Assembly (NCBI GenBank): GCA_003427395.1
Contig: BFEA01000042.1
Coordinates: 2,173,194-2,237,193, forward strand
Length of the DNA stretch: 64,000 nt
Reading direction: 5' to 3'
DNA from: Chara braunii
Taxonomy: Eukaryota > Plantae > Charophyceae
The notes under the pieces are model-generated. The model had not been told where the DNA came from, did not search any database, and saw only the letters and a program-made list of their open reading frames with translations. The first letter of the stretch is position 1; each line of letters begins with the position of its first letter. Shown piece by piece: positions 25,161 to 38,179 of the stretch. The translations under genes were made by a program, and so were the position numbers.

Positions 25161-25299
25161 AGGATGTTCCGCTCCCTGCTGTGGATTCCCGCTGGGGGGA
25201 TGACTTCATCCTCCTAGGATTCTTTTTCCATCCTTGTTTTGTTGTAGACTTTGTAGACTTTCCAACTCGGAGATTACTGGTGCCAAGGGGCAGGGGTCT

Positions 25300-25440
25300 C
25301 AAGCGGTGAGATAACTGTGGCTGGGGATGAGACCGGCCGGGAGTGCCTCTCTCAGCCCTGTGTGCTGCAGTATTCATGTGAGGGACGCCGGGCCCGTTTC
25401 CCCGTTATAATTGTTTTGGTAAAAAAAAAAAAAAAAGACA
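25300..25440 (+). mobile_element. Isolated LINE 3' tail
   Basis: Homologous to the 3' UTRs at 24366-24455 and 38859-38950; GGGACGCCGGGCCCGTTTCCC followed by an A-run. Confidence 0.75.
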
Positions 25441-26079
25441 AAAAGAAAGTTGTTCAGTAGGGGGAGGGGACCGGAGGGGAGGCACACTGACTGGCCCATC
25501 GAAGAAGCTCGGTCCTGATGCTACCGGCTGACACCTGGCTGGTATCGCCCACCTGCTGTAGCAGGTATGGCACCCGCTGGTGGAAGGACGTCCTGTCCAG
25601 ATTTGACAGGTAATCGGGGCTGACGGTATCGGGACCTTGCCCCTGCCCACGATCATTTTATATGAGCATGATCAGGGTGCGTTATGTTCGAGTAAGAGAT
25701 CATTGGGGATCAATGACAATGATTACAGTGTTCAGGGACGCTGGACCCGTTGTCGGCCTTTCCTCTCCCGCCGGACCCTTCCCCTATCTCGTTACTCACC
25801 CCTCCCCTTTTTTTTTGTCCCTCTCTTCCACACGGTGTTCTGCCAGCTTCTCCCTCGGCCTACAGTTTCTCTCCTCACTTGCTCACTCGATTCCCACAGC
25901 CAGCCAGGGCCTTGCGGTTCAGGCCTCGGACCTGGCGCGCGTACGGAACTTCGAGCTTAGTCTTAGGCAGAGTACAGACGCGGAACCCAAGAAGGCCCCT
26001 GCCCGGACGTCTCGCTGAATTCTAGCGGGTACTCGAACCAGGCCGTATACCGGGCATGGTTTCAGAACTCAGCGCGCTG

Positions 26080-26900
26080 AATCGAGAGACAGGGGGTCCG
26101 AACTCCGGGCCTGGTCATTTTGCGGGGTACGGGCTCCTCGCTAAAAGTGAAGAGGAGGCAAGGACCCAGAAAACGCCGAACTTGGTCGTCCGCCGTGTAC
26201 GGATTCAAAGCTCAAAAGGGAAATCAGAGAACAAGGACTCGAAACCCCGGACTTGGCCGCTCGCAGGGCACGGACTTCGAAGCCAAACAGGGAACCCAGA
26301 CTTGGAGCCCCGAACTTGGTCGCTCGCGGGGTATAGATTCAGTGCTTAAAAGAGACAAGGACTCAGAAACTTCAAACTTCAACGCTTGTAGAGCACGGAT
26401 TTTGAGCGCAAAAAAAAAGTGCAAAAGAGACAAGCACTCAGAACTCCGAACTTCGACGCTTGTAGAGTACAGGTTCAGAGTTGCAAAAAGAAACAAAAGA
26501 GACAAGGACTCAGAAACTCCGAACTTTAATGCTTGTAGAGTACGGATTTTGAGCGCAAAACAAGTGCAAAAGAGACAAGGACTCAGAACTCCTAACTTCG
26601 ACGCTTGTAGAGTACGGATTTTTTAGCGCAAAAAAAGTGCAAAAGAGACAAGGACTCAGAACTCCGAACTTCGACGCTAGTAGAGTACAGGTTCGGAGTT
26701 GCAAAAAGAAACAAAGGAGACAAGTACTCTGAACTTCGAAACTCTCCGCTTGCAGAGTACAGGTTCAGAGCTGCAAAAAAAAAAAAGGAGACTAGGACTC
26801 GACGCCCGTAGAGTACAGAGTCAAAGCTCAAAAAGGGAACAAAAGGAACGAGGGATCTGAACTCTGAGCTCGGCCGCCTGCGGAGTGAAGGCTCAAAGCT
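26080..26900. repeat. Tandem array of ~11 diverged ~72-bp units
   Basis: GAGACAAGGACTCAGAACTCCGAACTTCGACGCTTGTAGAGTAC recurs near 26228, 26351, 26427, 26500, 26571, 26644, 26716 and 26787, with diverged flanking units. Confidence 0.9.
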
Positions 26901-27968
26901 TTGTAAAAGAGGTAGACTAGCCCTGCGCTCGTCGAAGGCTCCGGCACCGAGCTCCCCCCCCTTCCCAAAGACCCAACCAGATTCTTGCTATTCAGAAACG
27001 AAATAAGAAACGCGGCCCGACCGAACCCACAAATTCAAGATCGAGGTGCACCTGCCCACAAGTCATGACCAGATTCTCACTATTCGAAAACGCGACCAGG
27101 TGTAAAGAAGTCGAAGGAGCAGCACAGGCTCCAAGCTTAATTGTTTCTCTCGCCAATAGTGGCCGTTGTCTCTTCCTCTCTCTCTCTTCCTCTCTCCTTC
27201 CCCTTCCTCTCTCTTTTTATCCCTTTGTCCGTCTCTTCTTCCTTCGTTCCCTCTTCTCTCTCCCTTTTTCTCCCTTCTTCCCTTTTTGCATCCCCAGCTT
27301 CTCTTCTATCTGGCCGATATGCGTGTTCCTTACTTCGAGCTTGTACGTGGGTATGCCCCCCCCCGAAGCGTCGTGCCCGAAAAGAGCGTTGCTTCAAACT
27401 AGAGCGAGGGTGTGTCCTCATGCAGGTCCAGTTCGGGTGAAGGCTCCCTCTTCCCGCGGGGAAAGAGTCTCCCCGAGCTCGAATGATGGCCCAGAGCAGT
27501 GCCGAAGAGCTGGCGCGACCTCTGTCGGTCGCTTTTGAACGGAAGCACCCCTGAACTTCGAGAGTCAGCCCCCGAGAAACAGACGCCCCGGGTGGGGAAC
27601 GCTTCCGTACTCGAGAGCTGGAACCACCTCGCATGAGGGCTGGCTTGACCGATCGAGTCGCCGAAATGCGGCGCTGCCAGTGCTGAGCGTGTTGTGACAG
27701 CGAGCCTCGAGAGGAGCTGAGACCTCGTGAGAGGGCTGAACGAACGGTCCGGATGTGAGCGTCGGCGAGACCCCCCCCCCTTCCCGGATCTCTTGCTAGT
27801 GTCCCGAACAGTAGCACTTCCGAGCTCGAGCTCTGGCATCACCCCGTCAGAAANNNNNNNNNNNNNNNNNNNNNNNNNNNNNNNNNNNNNNNNNNNNNNN
27901 NNNNNNNNNNNNNNNNNNNNNNNNNNNNNNNNNNNNNNNNNNNNNNNNNNNNNNNNNNNNNNNNNNNN

Positions 27969-28058
<90 letters not shown>

Positions 28059-28418
28059 CCTCTTGGACGCGAAAACCCGTGTCGAGCGTAGTAGGAGCCC
28101 ACGAGCACTCCGTGCGTCTGCATGCGCCTCTCCCTTCCCTGGCTACCCCCCTGCCCCTGCTCTCACTCTCTCTCTTTCTCTCTAGCGATGGCCGTTCTCC
28201 CTTAGGCTATCGCCTCTCCTCCTCCTCCCTCTCCCCTTCTTCCTCTCTCTCTCTTCCCCTCTCCTTCCCTCGCTAGGTCTCTCTCTACGTCGAACGCAGC
28301 TCTCAGCAGCTTGCTACGTACGCGGAACGCTGGTCCGTGTGTGCGCTCAGTACGTGCTCCTTCTCCCGTGCGCGTCCCTTTTCCCTCATGCCTCTCCTTT
28401 ATATATTCTTCCTCTCGT

Positions 28419-28908
28419 GATGTCTCCCACTCTCGGTCGGCATTTCGTCGTGCAAGGCGCCAATTCTAATTTTTCCCGAAAAATTTCTTCTTCCTCCTTC
28501 CTCTTCACCTCTACCCCGCTCCTTTCCCTTCGATCCTTTCTGACTCCGTCCCCTTCCAATCGGGTTCTCTCCTTTCATCGCCGCGCGGATCGATTAAGTT
28601 GTGCCCTGCTCTACCTCCAGGCGTAGACAGTTACTGCGAGCATGATTTCGTTTCCCGCCGGAGATGTCTCCCACTTTCGGACGGCATTTCGTCGCCCAAG
28701 GCGGCAATTCTATTTTTTCCTGAAAAATTTCTCCTTCCTGCTTCCTCTTCACCTCTACCCCGCTCCTTTCCCTTCGATCCTTTCTGACTCCGTCCCCTTC
28801 CAACCGGGTTCTCTCCTTTCATCGCCGCGCGGATCGATTCAAGTTGTGCCCTGCTCCACCTCCAGGTGTAGATAGTTACAGCGAGCACGATTTCGTTTCC
28901 CGCCGGAG
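28419..28908. repeat. Tandem duplication, 2 x 244 bp
   Basis: GATGTCTCCCACT...GATTTCGTTTCCCGCCGGAG starts at 28419 and 28663. Confidence 0.9.
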
Positions 28909-31900
28909 CGTCCGTTTGTCCCCTGCGTCGTGTCAATTTGAGTTTGGGGGGCCCATCTGACCAGGAAGCTCATGCCCTCTTCAGCCCTGTTGGCAGTCAC
29001 CAAGATCTGGTGGGCGTGAGCGCAGTCTTTGGTGTCATTCCCCCTTCCCGCCGGAAATCTTCAGTAGGCTCTGTAGTACGATTGGCCCCCCTTCCTCGCA
29101 CCTGCCGTCTCCCCACCCCGAGCACTCACCTTCCCTCAATCAGAAATCGCGCGGTCGGCTTAGTCTTGCTATGCTCGCTCGGAAGGCGCTGGCCCACATT
29201 CACCATCAAGCAGAGCCCTCCTCGGTCCGTATCTGCAGTTTTTCCAACTGTTCGCTCCATCCCTTCCGCGTTCGTCATTGGAGCAGCTCCCCCTCAGTTT
29301 CTCGTCCCCTTATCCTGGTGATCTCCCCAGGCGAGCGGCCGCCGACTACCCGTATCAAGTGACTCCATTCGTTCCTGTATTTGCCATCCCTTAGAGCGTC
29401 CGGATTCCATACGTCAATGCCAGCTCCGAGGGTGCAGGTCCCCTGCCGTATCGGCTTCCCTGATTATCTGCCCGCATCGTTAGGCGCGCTCGCCCTCGAG
29501 CCTGCCCTGCCAAAGAAGGGGGTGTGTAGCTCGCTGCTATTTTCAAGATTGCTTCTGCCCGGTTCATCTTCGGGTCCGAACCCGATTGCGTTAGATCAAG
29601 CCAGCAGCATCGACTTTGCTCGGTCGGCGGAACCCCTTCTCGCTTGAGATCGTCGCCCCATTCCCGCCGCTCTCGATCCTCCTTTCTCCAACTAGTAGTC
29701 TCTAGTTATGCCATGTGGGGCCCTCCCGCTCGAAAGTCGGACTTTTGGTTTTCTGTAGTCAACCCCGAGTCCTCACAGGCGCGTCCTCGTTCCGAGCTTT
29801 CTATGGCCCATTCAAAAGTCCGACCGCAATCTCAGATTCCGTGCCCTGCTCCACCTTCAGTTTTTGAGGGACCCGCGTCAGCACACTTGTGATCCCGGTA
29901 TGGACCGTCACCCCAGCCATTTGAAAGGTTAGCCACGAAGGCCCGGAAGCCCGAGGACAACGAAAACATCGTTCCCGCATGCATGCAAGCGTCAAAACCA
30001 CGCAAAAAACAGCAAAGAAAAGAAAAAATGTTTCCCATTTTTAAGAAAAAAGACCCATCGGCTGGTAGGACGGCGCTAGTGGTGTCTGCTCTTACCAGAA
30101 CCCCTAGTGTTAGCTCGGGTTGTTTNNNNNNNNNNNNNNNNNNNNNNNNNNNNNNNNNNNNNNNNNNNNNNNNNNNNNNNNNNNNNNNNNNNNNNNNNNN
30201 NNNNNNNNNNNNNNNNNNNNNNNNNNNNNNNNNNNNNNNNNNNNNNNNNNNNNNNNNNNNNNNNNNNNNNNNNNNNNNNNNNNNNNNNNNNNNNNNNNNN
30301 NNNNNNNNNNNNNNNNNNNNNNNNNNNNNNNNNNNNNNNNNNNNNNNNNNNNNNNNNNNNNNNNNNNNNNNNNNNNNNNNNNNNNNNNNNNNNNNNNNNN
30401 NNNNNNNNNNNNNNNNNNNNNNNNNNNNNNNNNNNNNNNNNNNNNNNNNNNNNNNNNNNNNNNNNNNNNNNNNNNNNNNNNNNNNNNNNNNNNNNNNNNN
30501 NNNNNNNNNNNNNNNNNNNNNNNNNNNNNNNNNNNNNNNNNNNNNNNNNNNNNNNNNNNNNNNNNNNNNNNNNNNNNNNNNNNNNNNNNNNNNNNNNNNN
30601 NNNNNNNNNNNNNNNNNNNNNNNNNNNNNNNNNNNNNNNNNNNNNNNNNNNNNNNNAACTACCCTCCCCACTAACCTCCCCTTAATCTTAGAACGATGAG
30701 TCACTCAGATTCTCCAACACAGGCGGACATCCAACAGACGAACCCATTAGAACAAAGGACAAGTGAGCCTGGAGAGGCAATTTTTTTTTATTTTTTTTTT
30801 TCGGAAGAACCATAATTTCTCAACGAACAACCCGGAATCTGGGGCCATTACCCAGCAGCTTAGGCTTGTGCTGGAACTGGGTCCAGCGACCCTATATTTC
30901 CTTATCGACAGACCATCCTTCCAAAACAAACTTGAAAGCTCAGAAATGCCTAAAAGGACCGACTGCAAGGCCATTCTCTAAGTTTCTTTCTTCAATATAT
31001 ATAGAACGCCTGCCACTTAAACCACCAGTACTTGGCCCAGCTATCGGCCGCGGGAAAAAATCGAAAAGAAACGTTTCTAGTCGGATGAATTTGGGCGCTC
31101 CTGTAGTTGCCCGTACGTTTCCTAAAATCATGGCACATTAACCGGCTCTACTCTAGGAAGTACTGGTGGTACCAAGACCCACGTCTAGTAAGGGTCTGAT
31201 CCCACCACTGCAGTACAGCCCAGTTACAGTGTAGTTTTTGGATCCCACCACTTTCCGACGTCGTCGCGGGCCGCCGAAATATTTTGCCTTACTTTCGTTT
31301 GGGTGTGTCGTGGCAGCAGCACGTCCGCGAAGGGCCCAAGCGTAGTTACTACAATTTTTCTGTACACCCTGAGGGCTATTCTCCGCAGCGAAAAAGAGGG
31401 AGCAATTTTATTTTTATTTTTATTTTTTTCTTGTTCGTCCGTTTGCAGCATCAGGAATGTCCGTGGACCACACTGTTGTGTGGCATTTATGGGCTGGGGA
31501 GAGATCCGGATTGGTTGGTGTTCCCCCGTACTACACATACACTAGTGAGAGGATAAGATAGATGAGTACTAGCAAGAAAAATGAGATAGATGAGAGAAGA
31601 ATATAGCTTTAAAAAAAAAAAAAAATAATAATAATAATAATAATAAAAATTCCGCCCTCTCCAACAGCCCACAAATAACCGCGGCGGGTTCAGGACAACC
31701 ACCGAAGAAGTCGCCCTCGTGGAATCCAGTTTCTCTTTGTCGTCCCGCCAGGGCCGCTGACATCTTTGCAGTGCTTTTTCGCGACTACAGTCGTAGCATA
31801 GTGGTAGGATCAGACCCTAACACTCTGTCTGACACTGCTAAAGGCGCAGTGGTTTCATTCAAACAACCTGGGGGCAACGGTTACCTCCAGGTTGCCCTCT

Positions 31901-33369
31901 GCAGATATCTTAGCGAAGTTCCCCTTGGGCAGGCAAGCGCAGCAGTAGACAACAACTCGCACCACGTTTGACTTCGGTACAAGAGCAATGCGCAATCAAA
32001 CCATTCCTCAGACCAACAGGAGCAGCAACGAACCGATGTCAATGGAGAACAACTGCGGGAAGAAGACAGCCCGCAAGTGTATTGATTACGAGAGAACCAG
32101 CCGGGTCACAGCTGTCGGACAAACACAGGGATGCTGGACTGGCTTCCAGTAGGAGGGAAGGGAAGGAAAGGGAAGGGAAGAGAGAAGAGAGAGGTAGAGT
32201 GAGGGGTTAGCGTGAAACAGAGAATTCCTGCCAGCATCGGCCATGCCCCGAAAGAAAAAAAAACAAAAAAAAAAACAACGCTGAGTCCCTGAGTCCCTGA
32301 GGCCAGAGGCCTAGGGGTCCTTCGCCGTGAAACTGGGCAAAACGCGGTATTTTTGCTGGCAAACTATGGGAACGCGACAAAGCTGCAACGAAACCTCTAT
32401 TTTTGCAAAGGAAACGTCGAATGGACGACATTTTTGCTGCCAAACTTCGAAACAGCAAAATTTTTGCTATTAACCCACATATTAAACCACCAGTACTTGG
32501 CCCAGCTATCGGCCTCAGAAAAAAATAGAGTGGAAACGTTTTTAGTTGGAGGAATTTGGGCGCTCCTGAAGTAGCCCGGCGTACGTTTCCTGAAATCGTG
32601 GCGCGTTAACGGGCATGTGACTCTAGGAAGTACCGCTGGTTTAAGCGATGACAGTCAAGGCCCCATCTTCTGCGATGGAAAGGGACCGCTGGATCACGTT
32701 TCCCGCAGGTGCAGCTCCCCCCCCCCTATAGATGGAGCCTTGAAACTGGGAGCCACTCAGTCACTGCGAACGTGACTGGCCAGACATATGCCCCTGCGCC
32801 CGTGAACGCCCAAACCATGAAAGCACGTTTTTTTTTTTTTTTTTTTTCAAGGCTCACCCCGCTTCCGTCGCCACAAGCCCCACACCAGGGTCGGCGGGTT
32901 TTCAGGCTTTCTGGTAAGATTATCTTAGGACCTGGTGGTCTTTTTTGGTTTGTGAGTTTTTTTTCAGGCCTGATGCACTTTTTCTTTGGAGTTTCAGGGT
33001 CCGTGGGTATCAGGACAGCGGTCTAGTTTTGGCCATTTCTTTTTTTTTTTTTTTTTTTTTTTTTTTTCGGCCATTTCTGCCGCTGGATTTTCTCAACCCG
33101 GACGCCTATTCCCTATGCTGGGTAAAGGTCCCAGAAAACACTATTTTTTCATTCCAGGTTGTTTGTTGAGGTTTTCCCGGCCTCTCTTTTTGGTGTGCGT
33201 AATCAAATGAGCTGAGTCTTCTTGTAAATAAATAAATAAATAAATAAATAAATTAATTAATTAATTAATTAATTATAAAAAATAAAAAAAAAAACAAGCC
33301 CCACACCGTGATGCCATAAAAAATAGTAAAAAACATTGAAATGACCTTTTTTTCTTTAAACCTCCTGTG

Positions 33370-33560
33370 GTGCTAGTGGTGCTGGTAAAAGCAGACACCT
33401 CTAGCACCTAGGGGGGGCTCCATCTATTGGTGGGGAGCATCACCTGGCAGTGCTGGAAAACGGCTCCAGAGTCCCAAATACAGAATGAAATTGGAAGATA
33501 TCAGAAAACAGATTTGACAGACGCCTGCCAGCATTGATTGCTCTGGCGTCCAGAGGATTG
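33370..33560 (-). mobile_element. Short retroposed three-hairpin tail element
   Basis: Reverse copy of the 59412-59527 element; upstream sequence shared with 37226-37365. Confidence 0.7.
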
Positions 33561-33912
33561 ACTGAGCAGGTTAATGGGAGACAAGGGGGGAGAGAACCTC
33601 TTTGCCCTGTATCAGGCGCCGGATACCTATGTTTACACTCTGGTTCCTCCCTCCCCCACCTACCTCTACCTCCCGTCATCCTTTTCCTCCCTTTCCTAAC
33701 CCGTGGCCTGACCGGGGGTCAGAAGGAGAGTCACCGGGGGCCACCGGTGAGATCTTCTCCCATCCCCTTAACCTACAAAACAACAAACAAAAATGCTTAT
33801 TTTTGGCTGGTTCCGTGATTTTTTTCTTCTTTTCTAATTAACAAAAAATTATTTGCGATAAATATTTGAAAAAATTATGGGGAGGTGGCCTCCTATGGCG
33901 CCCACCCTCCAC

Positions 33913-33945
<33 letters not shown>

Positions 33946-34435
33946 CCCCCCCCCCCCCCCCCCCCCCCAAAAAAAAAGAAAACCGTTTCGCTCCGTGAAC
34001 TACAACCAGTCACAATTTTTGTGACTGGTGACTGGACTTCTTTCACGGCCCCTGTGAACGGGCGTACGGCACTGGAGCCACTTAGGCCCTTAGGGGCGAT
34101 GCTCTTAATACCACCTGGCTAGTGACTGGTGCCCCACACTCTAAGGAGGAGAGAAACTGGTGCAACATGCATCAGCCATTGCAAGTGAAATACACTCAAA
34201 GCATGACATTGTGAAGCAAGAGACACGTGGAAGGAGAAAGAAGAATGTTTCCAAAGCAAAGATAAGATAAGATGATCCCCTGAGCTATGGGACGCTGGGC
34301 CCGGTTCCCAGCACGTGCTGCTCCCCACGAGTAGATTGGAGCCTTAAAAAAAAAAAAGATCATCCCCTGAGCCCATCAGCTCACTTGATCGTATGATGAG
34401 CTTACTAAAAATGAGAGTACTAGGAGCCGTTGGAC

Positions 34436-34469
<34 letters not shown>

Positions 34470-35577
34470 CTAGCGTTCTGCCGTAGGTCAGCAGGGGGGA
34501 TTACCCTGTCCTTGGCTATCTGAGCTTTTTGTTGGGCAGGGCCACGACTGAGCGCAGGGGCCTCTAACAGCCCCGATGGATGGTTGGGTAGGCTCTGGGA
34601 ACAGTGGGAAGCACCGTGCACTGTTTCCCCCGAATACAACGTGCACGATCATCAGCCCCTATGGAAGATTGCCTTGTACAGTCCCAATCTAGCTGCACTT
34701 AAACTGAAGGACACCCCCAATACATTCTCAAAAAACAATTACGTGAAAACACTGAGAAGTTGTATTAAATTACTTTACGTTGTATTGGGGGAAAGAAGGT
34801 AGATCAGAACGTCTGACAAACACACGCTAGTTCACATTCACAGCAGGCACACTGGTCGCTGACAGGGGGAAAGCTGCAAATGATCAGATGGAAGGAGAGT
34901 CGAGGGGAAAACTGAGGAAGTAGAGCTGAAACTCAATAATTAATAACTTAAGCTCATACTTACACAACTACAGAATAATTGAGAATATATCGAAATGTCC
35001 GTTTTTTTTTTGTTTTTTTTTTGGTAAATAATTGACCTCAGAGTTCAGTTGATTGTACAACAAAATCATCAAAAGGAGTCCCAGAGAGATTTTCCAAGGA
35101 CCGTGGCACTCAAGCCCCCCGCTCCCCCTCCCCCTCCCCCTCCCCCTCCCCAACCAAATTCTTGTTGCGAAGTCAGAAAGTCTGACAAACACTTATCACC
35201 CTCCCAAATAGGACCTGTAGAGTATTATTATTATTAAAAAAAAAAAAGTCTGACAAGCACTTCACAGGTTCCCAGCTGCAGACATATTTCAGGGGGAAAG
35301 CTGCAGCTGCAAATCTTCAGAAGGAGAGTCAAGGACGTAAGTGCAAACTTGAAACTGAAACTCAAAAACAAAAAAAAAGAAGAAGAAGAAGAGGAAGAAA
35401 AATAAAAAATAAAAAAATGAGACTCAGTAATAATTAATTAGTTCAGAGTCTTCAGACTCTTCAGACTTAGTACACAGTAGCAGAGTAGCAGAGCTGATCA
35501 TTGGCACAAAGGAGGAGGGGGGCAAGGGGGGGGGGGGGGAGGGAGGGGAAGAAGATTGTGACAGTACAAAGCAATCA

Positions 35578-35925
35578 TCAGGGCCGAGGTCCCACTAGCA
35601 AAGAGGATTGGATAAAGCTCCTGAATCTGGACGTGTTTCAAGCAGACATGCAGAAATCAGTTCAAGCTCGGTATTCTGCACCTTAGCACAAACGCGTCCA
35701 GATTCAGGCGTTCAATCCAATTCCCTTCGCTAGCGGGACATCGGCCCAGGGGCGAGGTCAGGTCCCACTTGCATAGAGGATTGGATTAACCGCCTGAATC
35801 TGGACGTCTTTTACACTGAGATACAGAACAACAGACCTATCTGAGATTCTGCACTTTTTGCCTGCAAAAGCGTCCAGATTCAGACCTTGAATCCTATCCT
35901 GTTTCCTAGTGGGACCTTGCTCGAG
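35578..35925. mobile_element. Two tandem CCWGG-family MITEs
   Basis: GGCCGAGGTCCCACTAGC...GCTAGCGGGACATCGGCC, then GGCGAGG..TCCCACTTGC...GTGGGACCTTGC; internal CTGAATCTGGAC / GTCCAGATTCAG inverted motifs. Confidence 0.75.
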
Positions 35926-36357
35926 GATTACTTTTTATTTTATTTTATTTATTTATTTTTCCAATGAGATTTTCCGAGGAAAGTGGCACTCAGTCTCCTC
36001 CTCCCAAATTTCCGGTGCAAGTTCAGAAAGTCTGACAAACTCTTCACAAGTTCACAGCAGCAGAAATTTCGATGGGCTCAGTCAATCCCCTGGGCAGTGG
36101 TCCCATTAGCAAAGAGCATAGGACTGAATGCCTGAATCTGGACATGTTTGAGGACAGGAGCAGGAAATAGAGATAGAACTGCTTTTCCGTATCTCTGCAT
36201 AAAACATAGCCAGATTCAGGATGTCTATCCTGAGGCTTTCCCCTTTGCTAAGACCTTGGCTCCTTTCTATTTGTGGGGAGCAGCACCAGCTGGGAAACGG
36301 GCCCAGCGTCCCTCATACACAGAGAACAGGAAAAGCAAAGAGAGACTTTGGGACAGG

Positions 36358-36406
36358 GTTCCCCATGGCCTACCCGGTGTATCCTGGTGAGACCTTTCAG
36401 TATAGC
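36358..36406 (+). promoter_or_regulatory. Putative plant-type snRNA promoter (USE-like + TATA-like)
   Basis: GTTCCCCATGG at -76..-66 resembles the USE RTCCCACATCG; TATAGC at -33; 32-bp spacing as in plant Pol II snRNA genes. Confidence 0.5.
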
Positions 36407-36433
36407 GCAGCTCCGATCAGTTTTGGCTGGACA

Positions 36434-36520
36434 ATACCTTTCTCGGCCTTTTGGCTAAGATCAAGTGTAGTATCTGTTCTGATCAGTTTAATATCTGATC
36501 CGTGGTCCATTGGGCCACAT
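36434..36520 (+). ncRNA. U2: U2 snRNA 5' portion (87 nt), 3'-truncated before the Sm site
   Basis: ATACCTTTCTCGGCCTTTTGGCTAAGATCAAGTGTAGTATCTGTTCTGATCAGTTTAATATCTGAT: plant-type U2 5' end with the branch-site recognition sequence GTAGTA and stems IIa/IIb, followed by an A-run. Confidence 0.93.
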
Positions 36521-36541
36521 AAAAAAAAAAAAAAAAAAAAA

Positions 36542-36660
36542 GGGACGCTGGACCCCTTTTCCAGCAGGTGATGCTCCCCACCAATAGATGGAGAGGCTCC
36601 TGGAAGGTGCTAGTGGTGTCTGCTCTTATCAACACCACTAACACTGGTGAGGGAGTTTTG
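36542..36660 (+). mobile_element. Short retroposed three-hairpin tail element abutting U2
   Basis: GGGACGCTGGACCCCTTTTCCAGCAGGTGATGCTCCCCACCAATAGATGGAG...GCTAGTGGTGTCTGCTCTTA, then an A-rich tail. Confidence 0.8.
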
Positions 36661-36736
36661 TTAAAAAAGAAAAAGAAAAAGGGGGGGGACAACTGCAAAC
36701 TGCTGGGATTTTTGTATTATTATATAATATATATAA

Positions 36737-37156
36737 GGGCGCCGTTGGACTCTCCTCGGGGACGTGATTCCAAGAATCTCTTCTTCTTTCCACCTGTCCT
36801 TGGAGATGAAATCGGAAATGAAAATGTGAAAACACTCCGTGGGCTCCGAGGATTTCTTAGCCAAATCGTCCTTTGGGGCCCAAGGATCCGTGTTTCACGG
36901 AGAGGAGAGGGGGCATGCACGTAGAGAGACGTTACAACGGAGAATTCAGATCGTGGCGGCACCCTATTGGCTGAAAGCCTGAAGCACAACTTTTTTCCTT
37001 CTCTTTTTCCTTTTATTTTTCTGACATTGCTCCAAGGATGGGTCCTAAAACCGATGCTGCGAGAATGAGTGTAACGAAGACGACAAAAAGCCTAAACTTT
37101 TCCGAGGATTCATCCTCAGAGCCGGAGGATGGCCCGAGAAGTGTCTAACGACGCCC
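36737..37156. mobile_element. GGGC-family MITE
   Basis: TIR GGGCGCCGTTGGACTCTCCTCGGG / CCCGAGAAGTGTCTAACGACGCCC; TAA TSD; inverted homolog of 13921-14464. Confidence 0.88.
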
Positions 37157-38179
37157 TAAGTACATCGGCTGGGGGGCTGTGACTGGAGATGATACGAGCA
37201 TGCCCAGGTACCATCCCTCCCAGATGGCTCTATTGGTGGGGAGCTGCACCTGCTGGAAAATGGGTCCAGCTTCCCATATACAGAGTCTGACTGAATTTGG
37301 AGCATATCAGAAAAACATCGTTGTGGGAGGTTCCTGCCAGCATTGATTACCCTGGGATCCAGAGCACTGGTCTCACTAGCAAAGGGGAAAGAATAGACAT
37401 GATCCTGAATCTGGCTATGTTTTATGCAGAGATACAGAAAAGCAGTTCTATCTCTATTTCCTGCTCCTGTCCTCAAACATGTCCAGATTCAGGCATTGGG
37501 CAGACTGCGGCGACAGCCTGTCGGGAGACAAACAGTAGTGTAGGAGAAAAGATTGTAAACTTAGAGAGCTGGAAGCTCTAAAACACTCGTAGAAACATCA
37601 TACAGTCTCATAGAGCTCAACAAAAACCTCGACTTCCCGCTTCACACAAATCTCTCTTCTCCTCACGCCACCATAGCTCGATCTCCCAGAAAACGACAAA
37701 GCGGTTTCGTCCGCCCACTGTATGGACTCGTCGGGAGTAATGTTGACTCTTGTTGAGGTCCCCTGCCTGGAATTTGGTGCCAAGTAATGGAAATTTCAAA
37801 TTTGAATTTTGGGGAACAAAAAGAAAAAAGAAAAAACCCCTGCAAACTGTCAAAAAAAAAAGAAAGAAGAAGAAGAAGAAGAAGAAGAAGAAGAAGAAGA
37901 AGCAAGGAATGAGCCTCGCAGAGCCCTTATCAGACAAACGAGTGTTCTGGCCTGTGGCCCCCCCAGCAAGCCCCGTGCCCTCCCTAAGTGAAGGCGGACC
38001 TGAATATCCCCGTGAGGCCTATTCTCGACAATTTTTCCGTATGTGGGTACTCAGACAGTTGCAGCACGCCAATTGGTTACAACACAACATGAGCCTCCAC
38101 CCCACAAATAGATTGGAGCTTAAATTGTTCCAGGCGCAGACACTTCGGGCCCAACTGAAGCTACTGGGCCCCCACACAC

